A stretch of 64,000 bases of DNA from an uncultured Desulfatitalea sp. (GTDB lineage Bacteria > Desulfobacterota > Desulfobacteria > Desulfobacterales > Desulfosarcinaceae): positions 2,272,001-2,336,000 of the forward strand of contig CAXXMB010000002.1 of assembly GCA_963668675.2 (NCBI GenBank). Reading direction: 5' to 3'. Below, in pieces: positions 38,148 through 49,310 of this stretch (within the stretch, counting starts at the first letter, position 1; each line of letters begins with the position of its first letter). The position numbers were made by a program, and so were the translations under genes. Below the pieces are notes generated by a model. The model ran no database searches. It was given only the letters and a program-made list of their open reading frames with translations, and was not told where the DNA came from.

Positions 38148-38785
38148 AGACGGCCCTGCTGCCGTTGACGGCCGAAAAGGCGGGGATGGTCGGCTGCCAC
38201 ACGTGCGGCCTGCTCTCCCGGCGGCTCTCGGAAGAGGAGCATGCCCATTCGCTCTGCCCCCGTTGCGGTGCGCGGTTGCACCACCGCAAGCCCAACAGTC
38301 TGGCGCGCACTTGGGCACTGGTGATTGCCGCGCTGGTGCTCTACATCCCGGCCAATGCGCTGCCGGTGATGCAAACGACCTATCTTGGTAAGACGCATGC
38401 CGATACGATCCTAAGCGGCGTGTTCTACTTCGTGCGCACCGGCAGTTGGCACCTCGCGTTGATCATCTTCGTGGCCAGCGTGGTGGTGCCCGCCCTCAAG
38501 CTATTGGTGTTGACCTATCTGTTGATTTCCGTTCAGCTTCGCTCTGACCGGCACCCCCAAGAGCGCACCCGCCTCTACCGGATTACCGAGGCAATCGGCC
38601 GCTGGTCCATGGTGGATATTTATGCGGTGACCGTCATGGTGGCGCTGCTTAACCTGGGGCGCTTTGCCGATGTCGATGCCGGTCTGGGCGCCGTCTTTTT
38701 CGGGGCCGTGGTGGTGATCACCATGTTCGCGGCCAACAGTTTCGATCCGAGGTTGATCTGGGATGCAATGGAGAGGAGACCATGA
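38120..38785 (+). CDS. pqiA: Paraquat-inducible protein A (second half)
   Basis: CHTCG..CPRCG, PANALPVM, GRWSMVD, FDPRLIWD; start inferred. Confidence 0.9.
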   Translation: MGTLDDRDIETALLPLTAEKAGMVGCHTCGLLSRRLSEEEHAHSLCPRCGARLHHRKPNSLARTWALVIAALVLYIPANALPVMQTTYLGKTHADTILSGVFYFVRTGSWHLALIIFVASVVVPALKLLVLTYLLISVQLRSDRHPQERTRLYRITEAIGRWSMVDIYAVTVMVALLNLGRFADVDAGLGAVFFGAVVVITMFAANSFDPRLIWDAMERRP

Positions 38786-40470
38786 CAGACAGCGACCCCA
38801 ATGGCGTACCCGACCTTGAACGTGTTCCCCGGGCGGTGATTCGCCCCCCCAAGCGTTTCGGCCTGGTGTGGCTGATTCCGCTGGTGGCGGCCCTGGTCGG
38901 GGCCTGGCTGGCCGTCAAGGCTGTTACCGAATCGGGCCCCACCATCCATGTCGCTTTCAATACGGCCGAAGGGCTCGAGGCCGGAAAGACCAAAATCAAA
39001 TACAAAGATGTAGAGATCGGCAGGGTCGAATCGATCCGCCTGGGCAAAGATCTGGGCCGGGTTACCGTAACTGCCAAGATGGTAAAGGATATCGAGGATT
39101 ACCTGACCGAAAACACCCGGTTCTGGGTGGTGCGCGCCCGGGTGGCGGCTGGTCAGGTCTCCGGATTGGGTACGCTCTTTTCCGGCGCCTACATCGGCAT
39201 GGATCCCGGTCAACCGGGCAAGAAGGCCAACACCTTCGTCGGATTGGAAACGCCTCCGGCCGTCTCCATGGATACGCCGGGCGGCTACTTCAATCTCAGG
39301 GCCGATCGGCTGGGTTCCCTGGACATTGGATCTCCGGTCTACTACCGCCAGATTCGGGTGGGCCAGGTGGTCAGCTACCAGATGACCGATGACGGCTCGG
39401 CCGTGGATATCAGGATCTTTGTCAACGAGCCCCACAACGAGCGCGTTTTTGAAAATACCCGCTTTTGGGATGCCAGTGGTCTCAATGTCTCCATGGGGGC
39501 CGATGGCGTCAAGCTCAACACCGAATCGGTCATGGCGCTGCTCATCGGAGGCATCGCCTACGAAACCCCGGACAATCTCAATCCCGGCGGTATTGCCGGT
39601 GAGGATCACACCTTCGTTCTTTATAGCAACAAAGATCAAATCGACCAGCCGCAATACGGTCTGCGCTATTATGTGGTGGCCTACTTCGACGAGACCGTGC
39701 GCGGGTTGAAGAAGCGAGCGCCGGTGGAGTTCAGCGGCATTAAGGTGGGCGAGGTGGTGAGCGTGCGACTGGAGTTCGACCAGAAGGACCTCGAATTCCG
39801 TATCCCTGTCCTCATGGCCATCGAGCCGGATCGGATCGACCTTAAAAATGAGGTGGATGCCGATAGCGAGAACATGATTTCAAAATTGATCGCCAAGGGG
39901 CTGCGGGCCCAGTTGCGCACGGGATCACTTCTGACCGGGCAGCTCTTTGTTCATCTGAGCATGTTTCCCGATGCACCGCCCCAGAAGCTGGCTCAGAATG
40001 GGGCATTCCCGGTCATCCCCACGATGCCGGGCTCCACTGAAGAGATCACCGCCAGCATCGCCAAATTTGCCAGCGGCCTTGAAAAGTTGCCGGTCGAGCA
40101 GATCGGCCGAGATCTGAGCCAGAGCCTGAAGAGCATCAACGCCCTGGCCAGCTCCAAGGATCTGGCCGAAGCGATCCGTGCCCTGCGGCGCAGTTTGGAC
40201 CAGATCAGCCAATTCAGCGCGGGCCTCAACCGGGAGACCGCCCCCCAGATCCATCAGGCCCTGGGCCAGTTGAACCGGACCCTGGCCGAGGCCGAAAGGG
40301 CCATGACCGCCACCGAACACCTGGTCAGCGGTTCGGGGCCGTTGACATACGAGCTGCAGGAGTTGATGAAGGAGCTGGCCAAGGCCGCCCAGGCCATTTC
40401 GATTCTGGCCGACTACCTGGAGCGCCATCCGGAAGCGCTTGTTTTCGGGAAAGGAGATCCCCAGCCATGA
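38782..40470 (+). CDS. pqiB: MCE-domain protein PqiB
   Basis: WLIPLVA, three MCE domains, GLRAQLRTGSLLTGQL, LERHPEAL. Confidence 0.93.
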   Translation: MTDSDPNGVPDLERVPRAVIRPPKRFGLVWLIPLVAALVGAWLAVKAVTESGPTIHVAFNTAEGLEAGKTKIKYKDVEIGRVESIRLGKDLGRVTVTAKMVKDIEDYLTENTRFWVVRARVAAGQVSGLGTLFSGAYIGMDPGQPGKKANTFVGLETPPAVSMDTPGGYFNLRADRLGSLDIGSPVYYRQIRVGQVVSYQMTDDGSAVDIRIFVNEPHNERVFENTRFWDASGLNVSMGADGVKLNTESVMALLIGGIAYETPDNLNPGGIAGEDHTFVLYSNKDQIDQPQYGLRYYVVAYFDETVRGLKKRAPVEFSGIKVGEVVSVRLEFDQKDLEFRIPVLMAIEPDRIDLKNEVDADSENMISKLIAKGLRAQLRTGSLLTGQLFVHLSMFPDAPPQKLAQNGAFPVIPTMPGSTEEITASIAKFASGLEKLPVEQIGRDLSQSLKSINALASSKDLAEAIRALRRSLDQISQFSAGLNRETAPQIHQALGQLNRTLAEAERAMTATEHLVSGSGPLTYELQELMKELAKAAQAISILADYLERHPEALVFGKGDPQP

Positions 40471-41069
40471 TCACGCACATCGCCCCTCGCATTCTGATGG
40501 CCCTGTTGATGATCGGGGTGGCCGCAGGCTGCTCGACCTCCTCGTCCGCCGTCAACTTCTATGCATTGACAGCCATGGATGGCGATGCGCCCGCCATAGC
40601 GGCCAATCCGGAAACGGCGCCGGCCATTGGCATCGGACGGGTGACCCTGCCCGCCTACCTGCAACGACCGCATATCGTAGTCCGAACCGCCTCCAATCAG
40701 ATGCGCATCGAAGAGTACCATCGCTGGGCAGGCTCCCTGGAGGACGACATCCAGAGGGTTCTAATTGAAAATTTGATGCAACTCACCGGCACCGAGCGGA
40801 TCGCACGGATGCCCTGGGCCGGAGACTTTCAGCCGGACGTGACGCTGCGCATGGAGATTTATCGCTTCGAAGCGGGGGCCGGGAACACGGTGCGGCTGCT
40901 GGCAGCGGTGACCTTGATCCGGCGCGGTGTTCCGATGGCGCCCGAGACCTGGACCGTCAATCTGGAGGCGTCGAGTGATGGTCGCAGTTATGCCGATCTG
41001 GTCGCTGCCCAGAGCCGGCTCCTGGCCGATGTGAGCCGTGGCATCGCCGAAAAGATAGCCCTTCACTGA
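40467..41069 (+). CDS. pqiC: PqiC-family lipoprotein
   Basis: AAGC lipobox, LPAYLQR, HRWAGSL. Confidence 0.88.
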   Translation: MITHIAPRILMALLMIGVAAGCSTSSSAVNFYALTAMDGDAPAIAANPETAPAIGIGRVTLPAYLQRPHIVVRTASNQMRIEEYHRWAGSLEDDIQRVLIENLMQLTGTERIARMPWAGDFQPDVTLRMEIYRFEAGAGNTVRLLAAVTLIRRGVPMAPETWTVNLEASSDGRSYADLVAAQSRLLADVSRGIAEKIALH

Positions 41070-41096
41070 CCACTATCGCCTCCTTTCAGTGGCGTT

Positions 41097-41618
41097 TTAC
41101 TCGATACATAGCCTCTCCACATAGGCCGTCAGTTTACGACGAGGCCCCTCCTCAAGATGGGGACAGTCGGCGGCCGTTTTGGCGCCTTCGGCCACCCTGG
41201 TGGCAAAGACCAGGCAAGTGGGAGCGCCGCACTCCCTGCAGTTGGTCTTCGGAAGCAGTTTGAGGATCTCGACCAGATTGGGTTTGGGCAGCCCCTCGTA
41301 ACGGGGTTCAATCTGGTCACGCTGTGTCCAGGCGGCATTGATCTCCCGTTGGAGCCAATCGACGATCTTGCGTGCTTCGTTTTCATCCTTCAGGGTGTTT
41401 ATGGCGATTTTTCGACCGCTGACGGTTATCAGTTTTCCATGGGCCCGGAAGATGACCGATGGCGGTTCGCACACATACTCATAGCCACCGAGAACCGTAT
41501 TCAGATAGGGCAGCGCTTCGCTGACATCCTGTTCCAAATGGGCAAAGCACTGCACGCTCATGGCGCCGTGCATGCACTCGTTGTTGAATATCTCGAGACG
41601 GTATGACGTCAGAAGCAT
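41097..41618 (-). CDS. Fe-S cluster domain protein
   Basis: LPYLN; C-terminal LPKTNCRECGAPTCLVFA..CP. Confidence 0.85.
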   Translation of the reverse strand: MLLTSYRLEIFNNECMHGAMSVQCFAHLEQDVSEALPYLNTVLGGYEYVCEPPSVIFRAHGKLITVSGRKIAINTLKDENEARKIVDWLQREINAAWTQRDQIEPRYEGLPKPNLVEILKLLPKTNCRECGAPTCLVFATRVAEGAKTAADCPHLEEGPRRKLTAYVERLCIE

Positions 41619-42017
41619 TTTAACGCTCCCATGGTTGGATGGGTTGCCGGGATTCATTTTTTCCATTCCTTATTGACGAAGGCGTCTGTTATCCCGAGTG
41701 TAGGTTTGTGCTCTCTACAACCCCTTGTATCGACTCGGATATTGACACCGATAGCACCCGTTGCCATATTTGAAGTAATACGCTTACGTTGGCAATGGGT
41801 ATGCCTTCTGTTTCCATCACCTTTCTGCTTCCTGGAATGAAGCCCATAGGGGCTTACGCCTTTTACCACCATCTGATGTACCATCTACGATTCGCGTTTG
41901 GCGGCGCCACTTGACACCCTGTTCGTTCGCGCATCTTAAACCCCCTGGTTTGCCACAATACGTGTGACGTCGTGCATGGCGATCATGGGCCAGGCGCGGC
42001 AAAAGAGAAGAGGAATC

Positions 42018-43913
42018 ATGTATCGTTCATTCTACCAGTTGACGCATAAGCCTTTCCAGATCAGCACCGATCCGGGATTCCTCTGGTTGGGTGAAAACCA
42101 CAAAGAGGCATTGGCCAATCTAACCTATGGCTTGCGTGAGGGCAACGGCTTTGTCGTATTGACCGGAGATGTGGGTACCGGCAAAACCACACTGGTCAAC
42201 GCCCTGCTCGCCTCCCTGGATAGCGACGTGCTCGTCGCCAACATCACCCACCCCAAACTTGATGCCACCGAGTTTCTTCGCAAGGTCGTTCGCACCTTTG
42301 ACCCTTCGGCCAGTTTCAACGGCAAGGCCGATATGCTGCTCTTTCTCGAAGATTTCCTGCGCAGCAGGTATGCAGAAGGCCGGCGCGTCCTTCTGGTGAT
42401 CGACGAAGCCCATCGGCTGTCGGTGGATCTGCTCGAGGAGGTTCGCCTCTGGTCCAATATGGAACACTTAGGTCAGCGTCTGATCAATATATTTTTTGTG
42501 GGCCAGAGTGAACTGAAAGAGCTGTTGGCGTCATCGGCCTGCCTCGCCCTGCGCCAGCGCATTGTTCTTTTCCATCACCTGCAGTCGCTATCCGAATCAG
42601 AGGTGAGGCAATATGTGGCTCACCGGCTAGGCGTTGCCGGTACCCAAAGGCGGCTTTTTTCCCAGGCCGCTCTGCGACAGATCTGGAAATTGTCCGGCGG
42701 CTATCCTCGACGGGTCAACATCATTTGCGATCGGGCATTGCTGACCGGATACGTCAAGGCGATCTCCGTGATCGACGCTGAAACGGTGCTGGAGTGTGCC
42801 CGGGAAATCGGTGTCCTCGACCCCAAAGCACCGCCTTTGGAACGCATCCGGGGAGTTGGAGACACATTGCGCCGGCGGTTTAAGCAGGCGGCCGTGGTGC
42901 ATGGACTGAAAGGACGCCTTGCAGAAATGGGCCGAAGGCTAAGGACTTCCGGCGTTCGGATTGTCGAAGGGGTGCGGTCGCAGACAGAACAGACCGGTCA
43001 CGCACTTGCCGAACAGTATCATCGTGTTCGTCCAGCCTGGAAAGGGCTGGTGCTGATGACCGGTCTGGTTGCCGGAGGGTTGGCGCTCCTGGTTTTCTGG
43101 CTCACCGGGATGGAGAGGAGTGCTCCGACCTTTCCGTCCCACCCCACTGCCGCTGATGAGATCGATGAGGCAAAACCCTATCTTTTGTCTCAAGTGGAGA
43201 GGTTGAAGCCTTTCGTTGAATTCAAAAACGGCAGCCCCATTGCTTTAGTGGTGCCGGATACCCCCATGGCGCTATCGGCACACGACCAGAAGGAGAAGTT
43301 CACGGACGATACCGCGTCCGTTCAGGTTGACGGGCCTTCAACGCTTGAGCTCGCCTCGGCCGCTCTCGGCCAGAGCGATTATCAAACCGCCATCGAACTG
43401 ATCGAGGCAGATCCAGATCGTGCGGCCGACCTCGATATAAGGACACGAAGCCTTTATGCGCAGGCGCTGTTGGGGCGTGCGGAGCAGATCATGACGCAAT
43501 CACCGCAAGCGGCGCAGCAACTGGTATCAACCGCCATCGAAGCCGATCCCGGACGAGCCGATGCCTATGCCATCTTGGGCAAACTCCACACCCTTTCCAA
43601 GGCGTATGCGCTGGCGATCGAAGCGTACCGACAGGCCGTGGCGATCGATTCCGAGCAGTCGGACGCCCTGTTCAACCTGGGGTACATCTATGCCTCCACC
43701 GGCATGCTGGCGGATGCTGAAACGGCGCTACGGCGGGTGGTTGTGCTGAAACCGGCCTATCTTGACAAGGCGCTCTTCAACCTTGCCGTGGTCCACCACA
43801 AGCAGGGCAAAACCGGCGAGAGTATCGAGGCCTTGGAGAGGGCACTTGCCATCGATCCGGAGAACGAAAAGGCCCGTATTTACCTGAGACAGCTAAAAGA
43901 GGCTCCGCCATGA
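42018..43913 (+). CDS. ExeA/GspA-like AAA ATPase with TM and C-terminal TPR repeats
   Basis: GDVGTGKT, IDEAH, GYPRRVNIICD; TPRs (ALFNLG, ALFNLA). Confidence 0.88.
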   Translation: MYRSFYQLTHKPFQISTDPGFLWLGENHKEALANLTYGLREGNGFVVLTGDVGTGKTTLVNALLASLDSDVLVANITHPKLDATEFLRKVVRTFDPSASFNGKADMLLFLEDFLRSRYAEGRRVLLVIDEAHRLSVDLLEEVRLWSNMEHLGQRLINIFFVGQSELKELLASSACLALRQRIVLFHHLQSLSESEVRQYVAHRLGVAGTQRRLFSQAALRQIWKLSGGYPRRVNIICDRALLTGYVKAISVIDAETVLECAREIGVLDPKAPPLERIRGVGDTLRRRFKQAAVVHGLKGRLAEMGRRLRTSGVRIVEGVRSQTEQTGHALAEQYHRVRPAWKGLVLMTGLVAGGLALLVFWLTGMERSAPTFPSHPTAADEIDEAKPYLLSQVERLKPFVEFKNGSPIALVVPDTPMALSAHDQKEKFTDDTASVQVDGPSTLELASAALGQSDYQTAIELIEADPDRAADLDIRTRSLYAQALLGRAEQIMTQSPQAAQQLVSTAIEADPGRADAYAILGKLHTLSKAYALAIEAYRQAVAIDSEQSDALFNLGYIYASTGMLADAETALRRVVVLKPAYLDKALFNLAVVHHKQGKTGESIEALERALAIDPENEKARIYLRQLKEAPP

Positions 43914-44461
43914 TGACGGTGAAGAGACGGTGGGGGAGCCTCTGGTACTGGGTTGGGATATGCCTGGGGGTATGGGGCTGTGCATGGTTTCAGCCCGTGT
44001 CAAAACAGGAGGATCCGGCCACGGACGCTTTGTGGGGCGACGTGGACATGGAGATGCCACTCCAGTTTCTTGCGATCTCGCTGCCGGAACCGCCTCCCAA
44101 GCCGGTGGAAAAGCCCTTTTTTGCCCATACCGTTTCACGGCAGGGCGAGACGTTGATCGCCATTGCGCGGTGGTATACCGGTGATGGTCGCAACTGGGTG
44201 GCCATTGCCGAGGTCAATCCAACCTTGGCGCCCAAACGGATTCATATCGGCGATACGATAAAGATTCCCAAAGGCCTTCTGATCACACAAAAGCCGTTGC
44301 CCCGGGTCAAGCCTGCGGCAAAGCGCCGTCCGCCAGAATCCCCAAAACGTCCAAAACCCAAGGCGATCCAGGTCGAGCTTTTCGGCCCTATCGTGAGTAC
44401 GCCCTCAACCGGCGACACCGGCCGGGCAACCCACACTGCACCCCTTGAAACCATCGATTAG
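43910..44461 (+). CDS. LysM-domain lipoprotein
   Basis: VWGC lipobox-like motif; GETLIAIARWYTG..IHIGDTIKIP. Confidence 0.8.
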   Translation: MMTVKRRWGSLWYWVGICLGVWGCAWFQPVSKQEDPATDALWGDVDMEMPLQFLAISLPEPPPKPVEKPFFAHTVSRQGETLIAIARWYTGDGRNWVAIAEVNPTLAPKRIHIGDTIKIPKGLLITQKPLPRVKPAAKRRPPESPKRPKPKAIQVELFGPIVSTPSTGDTGRATHTAPLETID

Positions 44462-44558
44462 TGGTGTGCACCCTCACCGAGCAGTGTTGATCATAAGGCT
44501 CGTCTCTTTGACGGCCGCGACGAACGCATACCCAACAAGCATATAGCGGATTTCCGCA

Positions 44559-45860
44559 TCAGCCGCCGGTCTTGCCGAATATTTCGGAAGCCTCCATCTC
44601 GGCCTGGCACTTCTGCATGATAATGATCAATTGCGGGGTGCCCAATCCTAGCTGACGGGCCGATGGGGCGAGACTCAGATCGAGTTCGACCGAGGGGTTG
44701 AGCCCCGGGCATCCGATGGATTTGGCTATGAGATTGGAGAGATGCACAACGGCAAGCGCTTCGCAGACCTGGGTGCCGTCGGTGATCTTTTCATGGGACA
44801 GGGTGGTCTGAACATAGTCGGGCGCAAAGTGCCATTTGCTCAGCAGTTTGGCACCGAAGCGGGCGTGGTTGGCAACCACGGTTTCGGCCACGGCTTCGGG
44901 CGTCACCGCTTTGCTGAAATGGCTGCGGTTCTCCATCTGGGCAATAATTTGAATGAGGGCCATGGCGCCCATGTCGTGCATCAGACCGGCCACAAAGGGA
45001 TCGATGGCGAGGCGGCGGCCAGTGGCTCCGACCACGGCCTGGGCGGCCAGTGCCGACGCAAGGGAGTGGCGCCACAACGATTGGAGCAGAGGTCGGTAAC
45101 GGTCGCTTTCACTGGCAAACATGCGTTGGTTGGCCATGGTGGTCACGATCTGATCGACGGCCGACATCCCGAGCCGGCCGATGGCCTGGGCCGTGTTCCT
45201 GGCGGTGTCGAATCCGCGGAACAGGGCGGAATTGGCCACACGCATCACCTTGGCGGCGATGGTCATGTCCTGCTGCAGCAGCTCCGCCAGCTGATCGAGA
45301 TCGGCCCCGCTCGCCATAAGCTCTCGAAAGCGCGTCAGTACGAGCGGCTGAGCGGGAAGTTCCAGGTCGCCCTTGCTCAATGAGCGATTAATCTCCTTGA
45401 GGATGCTGCTGGCACTCAATCCGTGCGAAGACGCGCCGGGCATCTGGCCATCGGAAACATTCCGGATGCAGCCGAGGTGTTTCAGTTTGGCGCTGAGGAT
45501 CTGGTGATTGAACGGCTTGGCGATGTAGTCGTCACAGCCATTCTCCACGCAGGTGATCACCTGCTCCTTGTCGGAGCGGCCGGTGACCATGATGATTCTG
45601 GCGCGCCGATCAGTGGAAACCTGAAAATCCTGCTCGAGGTGTCGCATCTGCTGCAGCACTACGGTGCCGTCCAGGTCAGGCATGGCGATATCCAGGGTGA
45701 CCAGCTGGAACTGGCGGTGCTGCTTTAGGGCCGCCTGGAACTGCGAGATCGCTTCCGATCCGCTCTCTGCTGTATGACATTGGCCATAGGTGCCCAAGAT
45801 GATCTCCATCTTTTCGCGGCTGGCCAGTTCGTCGTCAACGACCAGAATCTGCATGTTCAT
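44559..45860 (-). CDS. Response regulator with HDOD domain
   Basis: REC domain; LPAQP, ANSALF, LWRHS, GLMHDMG, WHF. Confidence 0.9.
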   Translation of the reverse strand: MNMQILVVDDELASREKMEIILGTYGQCHTAESGSEAISQFQAALKQHRQFQLVTLDIAMPDLDGTVVLQQMRHLEQDFQVSTDRRARIIMVTGRSDKEQVITCVENGCDDYIAKPFNHQILSAKLKHLGCIRNVSDGQMPGASSHGLSASSILKEINRSLSKGDLELPAQPLVLTRFRELMASGADLDQLAELLQQDMTIAAKVMRVANSALFRGFDTARNTAQAIGRLGMSAVDQIVTTMANQRMFASESDRYRPLLQSLWRHSLASALAAQAVVGATGRRLAIDPFVAGLMHDMGAMALIQIIAQMENRSHFSKAVTPEAVAETVVANHARFGAKLLSKWHFAPDYVQTTLSHEKITDGTQVCEALAVVHLSNLIAKSIGCPGLNPSVELDLSLAPSARQLGLGTPQLIIIMQKCQAEMEASEIFGKTGG

Positions 45861-45870
45861 CCTCTCGTGG

Positions 45871-48108
45871 CTACGTTGTTTTCTGGATGCTATGGCTTCT
45901 GGTGCACGCCCGCAATCGTACGGCCTCCCGTTGCAGGGCGTTCAGGGCACCGGGGGCGCCGGTCAAATCCCCGACATCGGCCAACTGTTCAAGCCGGGCG
46001 GCGGCTTCGGACAGTGGGATGGCAATCAGATTGGCCGCACCACCCTTCATGGCATGGGCTTGGCGTTTCACTGTGCCGGCGTCGCCGTCCGATATCGCCT
46101 GTTCGATGGTGTTCAACTGTTCTCGGATATGGTGCTGGAAGTCGTCGAGGACCCGGTTCAGTCTATCCTTACGTCCCATGAACTCTTCAAGGGCCAGGGG
46201 CCAGTCGATGGGCGGTGCAGACCTGTCGCGTTCAGGAATAGAAGCGGGTGCATCTGCTGAGACAGGACCGGGCCCCGCATCCCGCTCGTGTTTCGCGAGC
46301 CACTGTTGAACCGTTTCAAGAAGCCGTCCGCGTCTCACCGGTTTGGTGAGAAAATCATTTACGCCGGCCTTCCGGCTGCGCGTTTCATGCGCCGGCATGG
46401 CGTGGGCGGTCAGGGCGATAATGGGGGTCTCAGGGCCTGCCTTCCCCTGCTGTTCGATCAGTCGGATGGTGCGAGTGGCCGTGTAACCGTCCATGACCGG
46501 CATGTCCAGATCCATCAGGATCAGATCATAGGATGTACGGGCGGCCATCCGCACGGCAGCTTGTCCGTTTTCGGCCAGGTCGACACGGTAACCGACCGAT
46601 TGAAGATGCATGGTCACCACCTGCTGGTTGGCCGGATAGTCCTCGGCCAGCAGGATGCGGGCCGGTTGCCGGACGGCGGCATCCGTTCCATGCTTCTTTA
46701 ATGGGCAGCGTTGCTCCTTTCGGCTCTGTGGGGTGCAAACCTCCGTGATGGCTGACTTCAGGTCATCGAAGATCAGCGGTTTGGCCAGGCAGCGATCGAA
46801 TCCCATGCTTCTGAAATCTTCACCACCGGCGATCTCCTGCAGGCCAGTGACAGCGATGATCGGGGTGTCCTGGCAGGTCTCCATCTCGCGGGCCTGTCGG
46901 GCCAGTTCGTAACCGCTCATACGGGGCATGCGAAAATCGGTAATGATCAGATCGAATGGATCTTGCCGCCGGGACGCCTCTTTCAGCATATCCAATGCCT
47001 GGGCGCCATCTTCAGCCGCCTGGGTGCGGCAGCCCAGTGCATGCAGATACTTCAAGGCGAATTGACGGCTGGTAAAGCAGTCGTCGACCATCAGGACATA
47101 CTTCGGTTGAACGGCTTGGGCAGCCTCTGCTTCGGGGCGCACTTCATCCGGCCCCGGTTCGAAATCGAGTTCGAACCAAATTCGGGTGCCTTGGCCGGGC
47201 CGACTCTCCAGTTGCAGTTGGCCACCCATGATTTCGACCAGGGAGCGACTGATGGTGGTGCCGAGTCCAGTGCCGCCATACAGGCGTGTGGTGGTTTCGT
47301 CGGCTTGGGTGAAGCTGTCGAAAATGGTGCTCTGCTTCTCGTCGGCTATTCCGATGCCGGTGTCCTGCACGGTAAAGCGGATGGTGGCGCGCTCCGGCTG
47401 GCGTGAAATCAGTTCGGCCTTGATGCTGATCTCCCCTTCAGAGGTGAATTTGACCGCATTGGAGGCCAGATTGAGCAATACCTGCCGCAGGCGGGTCCGA
47501 TCGCCGATCACCCGGTGCGGCATATCCGGCGGCTGGTAGAGGTTGAATTCCAGACCTTTGCGTGCAGCCTGAACGGCGACCGTCTCTCCCAACGCTTCGA
47601 GAAGACGGTTCAAATTAAAAATGGATGCCTCTATGGTGAGTTTCCCAGCCTCGATCTTGGAAAAATCGAGCACACCATTGATCAACTCCAGCAGGTGGTT
47701 GGATTCGCTCCCTATAATTGAGATGATGCGCCGTTGGTTGTCGTCCAGGCGGGTGGTGAGGGCCACTTCGGTCATGCCGATGATGCCGTTGAGCGGCGTC
47801 CGGATTTCATGGCTTATCTTGGCAAAAACTTCGTTTTTGGCCCGTTTGCGGGCTTCGTCCGAAGACTCGCCAGCTGCCGGCAGGGCGATGTTGACGTCTG
47901 GCGGCCTGAGCAGGGCCCGGCGCAGAAAAAAGGCGTGGGTCCCGATTAAAAGAAGTCCTACGATGCAGAGGATCCATTGCACCGAGAGAGCGATATCTGA
48001 TCCCGCCGCACCGACGTCACTCCGCCAGGCGTAAGCGACCGCCACGACGCCATAGAGCACCATACTCAATACAACCCCTATGAGATAAAAATTCTTTTTG
48101 AACGACAT
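45871..48108 (-). CDS. Hybrid histidine kinase (2 REC + Hpt)
   Basis: SHEIRTPLNG, YGGTGLG, two receiver domains, AHAMKGGA; start uncertain. Confidence 0.9.
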   Translation of the reverse strand: MSFKKNFYLIGVVLSMVLYGVVAVAYAWRSDVGAAGSDIALSVQWILCIVGLLLIGTHAFFLRRALLRPPDVNIALPAAGESSDEARKRAKNEVFAKISHEIRTPLNGIIGMTEVALTTRLDDNQRRIISIIGSESNHLLELINGVLDFSKIEAGKLTIEASIFNLNRLLEALGETVAVQAARKGLEFNLYQPPDMPHRVIGDRTRLRQVLLNLASNAVKFTSEGEISIKAELISRQPERATIRFTVQDTGIGIADEKQSTIFDSFTQADETTTRLYGGTGLGTTISRSLVEIMGGQLQLESRPGQGTRIWFELDFEPGPDEVRPEAEAAQAVQPKYVLMVDDCFTSRQFALKYLHALGCRTQAAEDGAQALDMLKEASRRQDPFDLIITDFRMPRMSGYELARQAREMETCQDTPIIAVTGLQEIAGGEDFRSMGFDRCLAKPLIFDDLKSAITEVCTPQSRKEQRCPLKKHGTDAAVRQPARILLAEDYPANQQVVTMHLQSVGYRVDLAENGQAAVRMAARTSYDLILMDLDMPVMDGYTATRTIRLIEQQGKAGPETPIIALTAHAMPAHETRSRKAGVNDFLTKPVRRGRLLETVQQWLAKHERDAGPGPVSADAPASIPERDRSAPPIDWPLALEEFMGRKDRLNRVLDDFQHHIREQLNTIEQAISDGDAGTVKRQAHAMKGGAANLIAIPLSEAAARLEQLADVGDLTGAPGALNALQREAVRLRACTRSHSIQKTT

Positions 48109-48412
48109 GAACAGATCCTGTTCTGGTTCTGGCGATGGGATCTCCGTCGGCATCGCTGCCGGGGCACCGGTCCTATCGCCGGTCTGCGCCTCCTTGCTTC
48201 TATTATCGACGAGAGGGGCGGATCGCTTTACCTGTTTTCCATCTTTTTTTGCTATGCTACTGCGCCGAGGGTGATGGAAGGCTTGAATTGAGGGCTTGGA
48301 TTTTTTGTGGTACACCCAAAACAGTGTTTCGATAGGATCTGACACCCAAATCGGTGAACACCACATTCAATGGTCGTTCATCCATTATGCAGCCTCATCA
48401 AAGGAGTATCCA

Positions 48413-48772
48413 ATGGACATCAATGCACTGATAGAACAGATCAAAAACCATCCTGGATACGATAAGGTCGGTATGGTGTTGTGTCATCAGGGTGTGGTTC
48501 GGGCCACTTCCCGGGACGGACAACCCGTACGAGGTTTGCGGGTGGCCGTTAATGAACAGCTCCTGGCGCAGATCATCAAGGAGAAGAAGGCGTTGCCGGG
48601 CGTTGTCGAAATCCTGGTGCAGATCAACGCAGACAAGGACTTGCTGGTGGGCGATGACGTGATGGTGCTGGTTGTGGCCGGCGATATTCGTGAAAATGTC
48701 ATCGCTGCCTTGAGCGAAACGCTCAACGCCATAAAATCCAAAGTAACCCAAAAGACCGAATATTTCATATAA
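48413..48772 (+). CDS. moaE: MoaE-like protein
   Basis: [24 protein letters not shown]; upstream of moaC; AAGGAG RBS. Confidence 0.78.
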   Translation: MDINALIEQIKNHPGYDKVGMVLCHQGVVRATSRDGQPVRGLRVAVNEQLLAQIIKEKKALPGVVEILVQINADKDLLVGDDVMVLVVAGDIRENVIAALSETLNAIKSKVTQKTEYFI

Positions 48773-48785
48773 CCAAGGAGTCTGC

Positions 48786-49277
48786 ATGGGCGAGTTGACC
48801 CATATCGATGACCAGGGGCGCGTGCGCATGGTGGATGTGACCGCCAAATTGTCCACCGAAAGGGTGGCCCGGGCCCAGGCTGTGGTGGCCATGCAACCGG
48901 AGACCTTCGACATGATCCGGGACCGGGGCGTGAGCAAAGGCAATGTGCTTGAGACGGCCCGCATTGCTGGGGTCATGGCGGCCAAACGAACGGCCGAGTG
49001 GATCCCCATGTGCCACCCCCTGAACCTGACCCATGCCCAGGTTGACTTTTTCCCTGAGCCGTCCGGCACCGCTATCCGTATCGAGGCGGTGGTGCGCGTT
49101 ACCGCCCAGACCGGCGTCGAGATGGAGGCGCTCACGGCCGCCACTGCGGCCGCATTGACCATCTACGATATGTGCAAGGCTTACGATCGCGCCATGACGA
49201 TTTCCGATGTCTTTCTTCTTGAAAAGAGCGGCGGCAAAAGCGGCACCTGGCGCCGTGACAACCAGCCCCGGAAGTGA
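48786..49277 (+). CDS. moaC: Cyclic pyranopterin monophosphate synthase
   Basis: [30 protein letters not shown]. Confidence 0.96.
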   Translation: MGELTHIDDQGRVRMVDVTAKLSTERVARAQAVVAMQPETFDMIRDRGVSKGNVLETARIAGVMAAKRTAEWIPMCHPLNLTHAQVDFFPEPSGTAIRIEAVVRVTAQTGVEMEALTAATAAALTIYDMCKAYDRAMTISDVFLLEKSGGKSGTWRRDNQPRK

Positions 49278-49310
49278 ACACCTTTCACCTTTTGCGAGCA
49301 TGCGATCTTT

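Noticed and set aside
37515..38785. Split pqiA as a frameshift pseudogene
   Set aside because: Two-gene pqiA arrangements are common, and each half is a complete Cys-motif plus TM unit.
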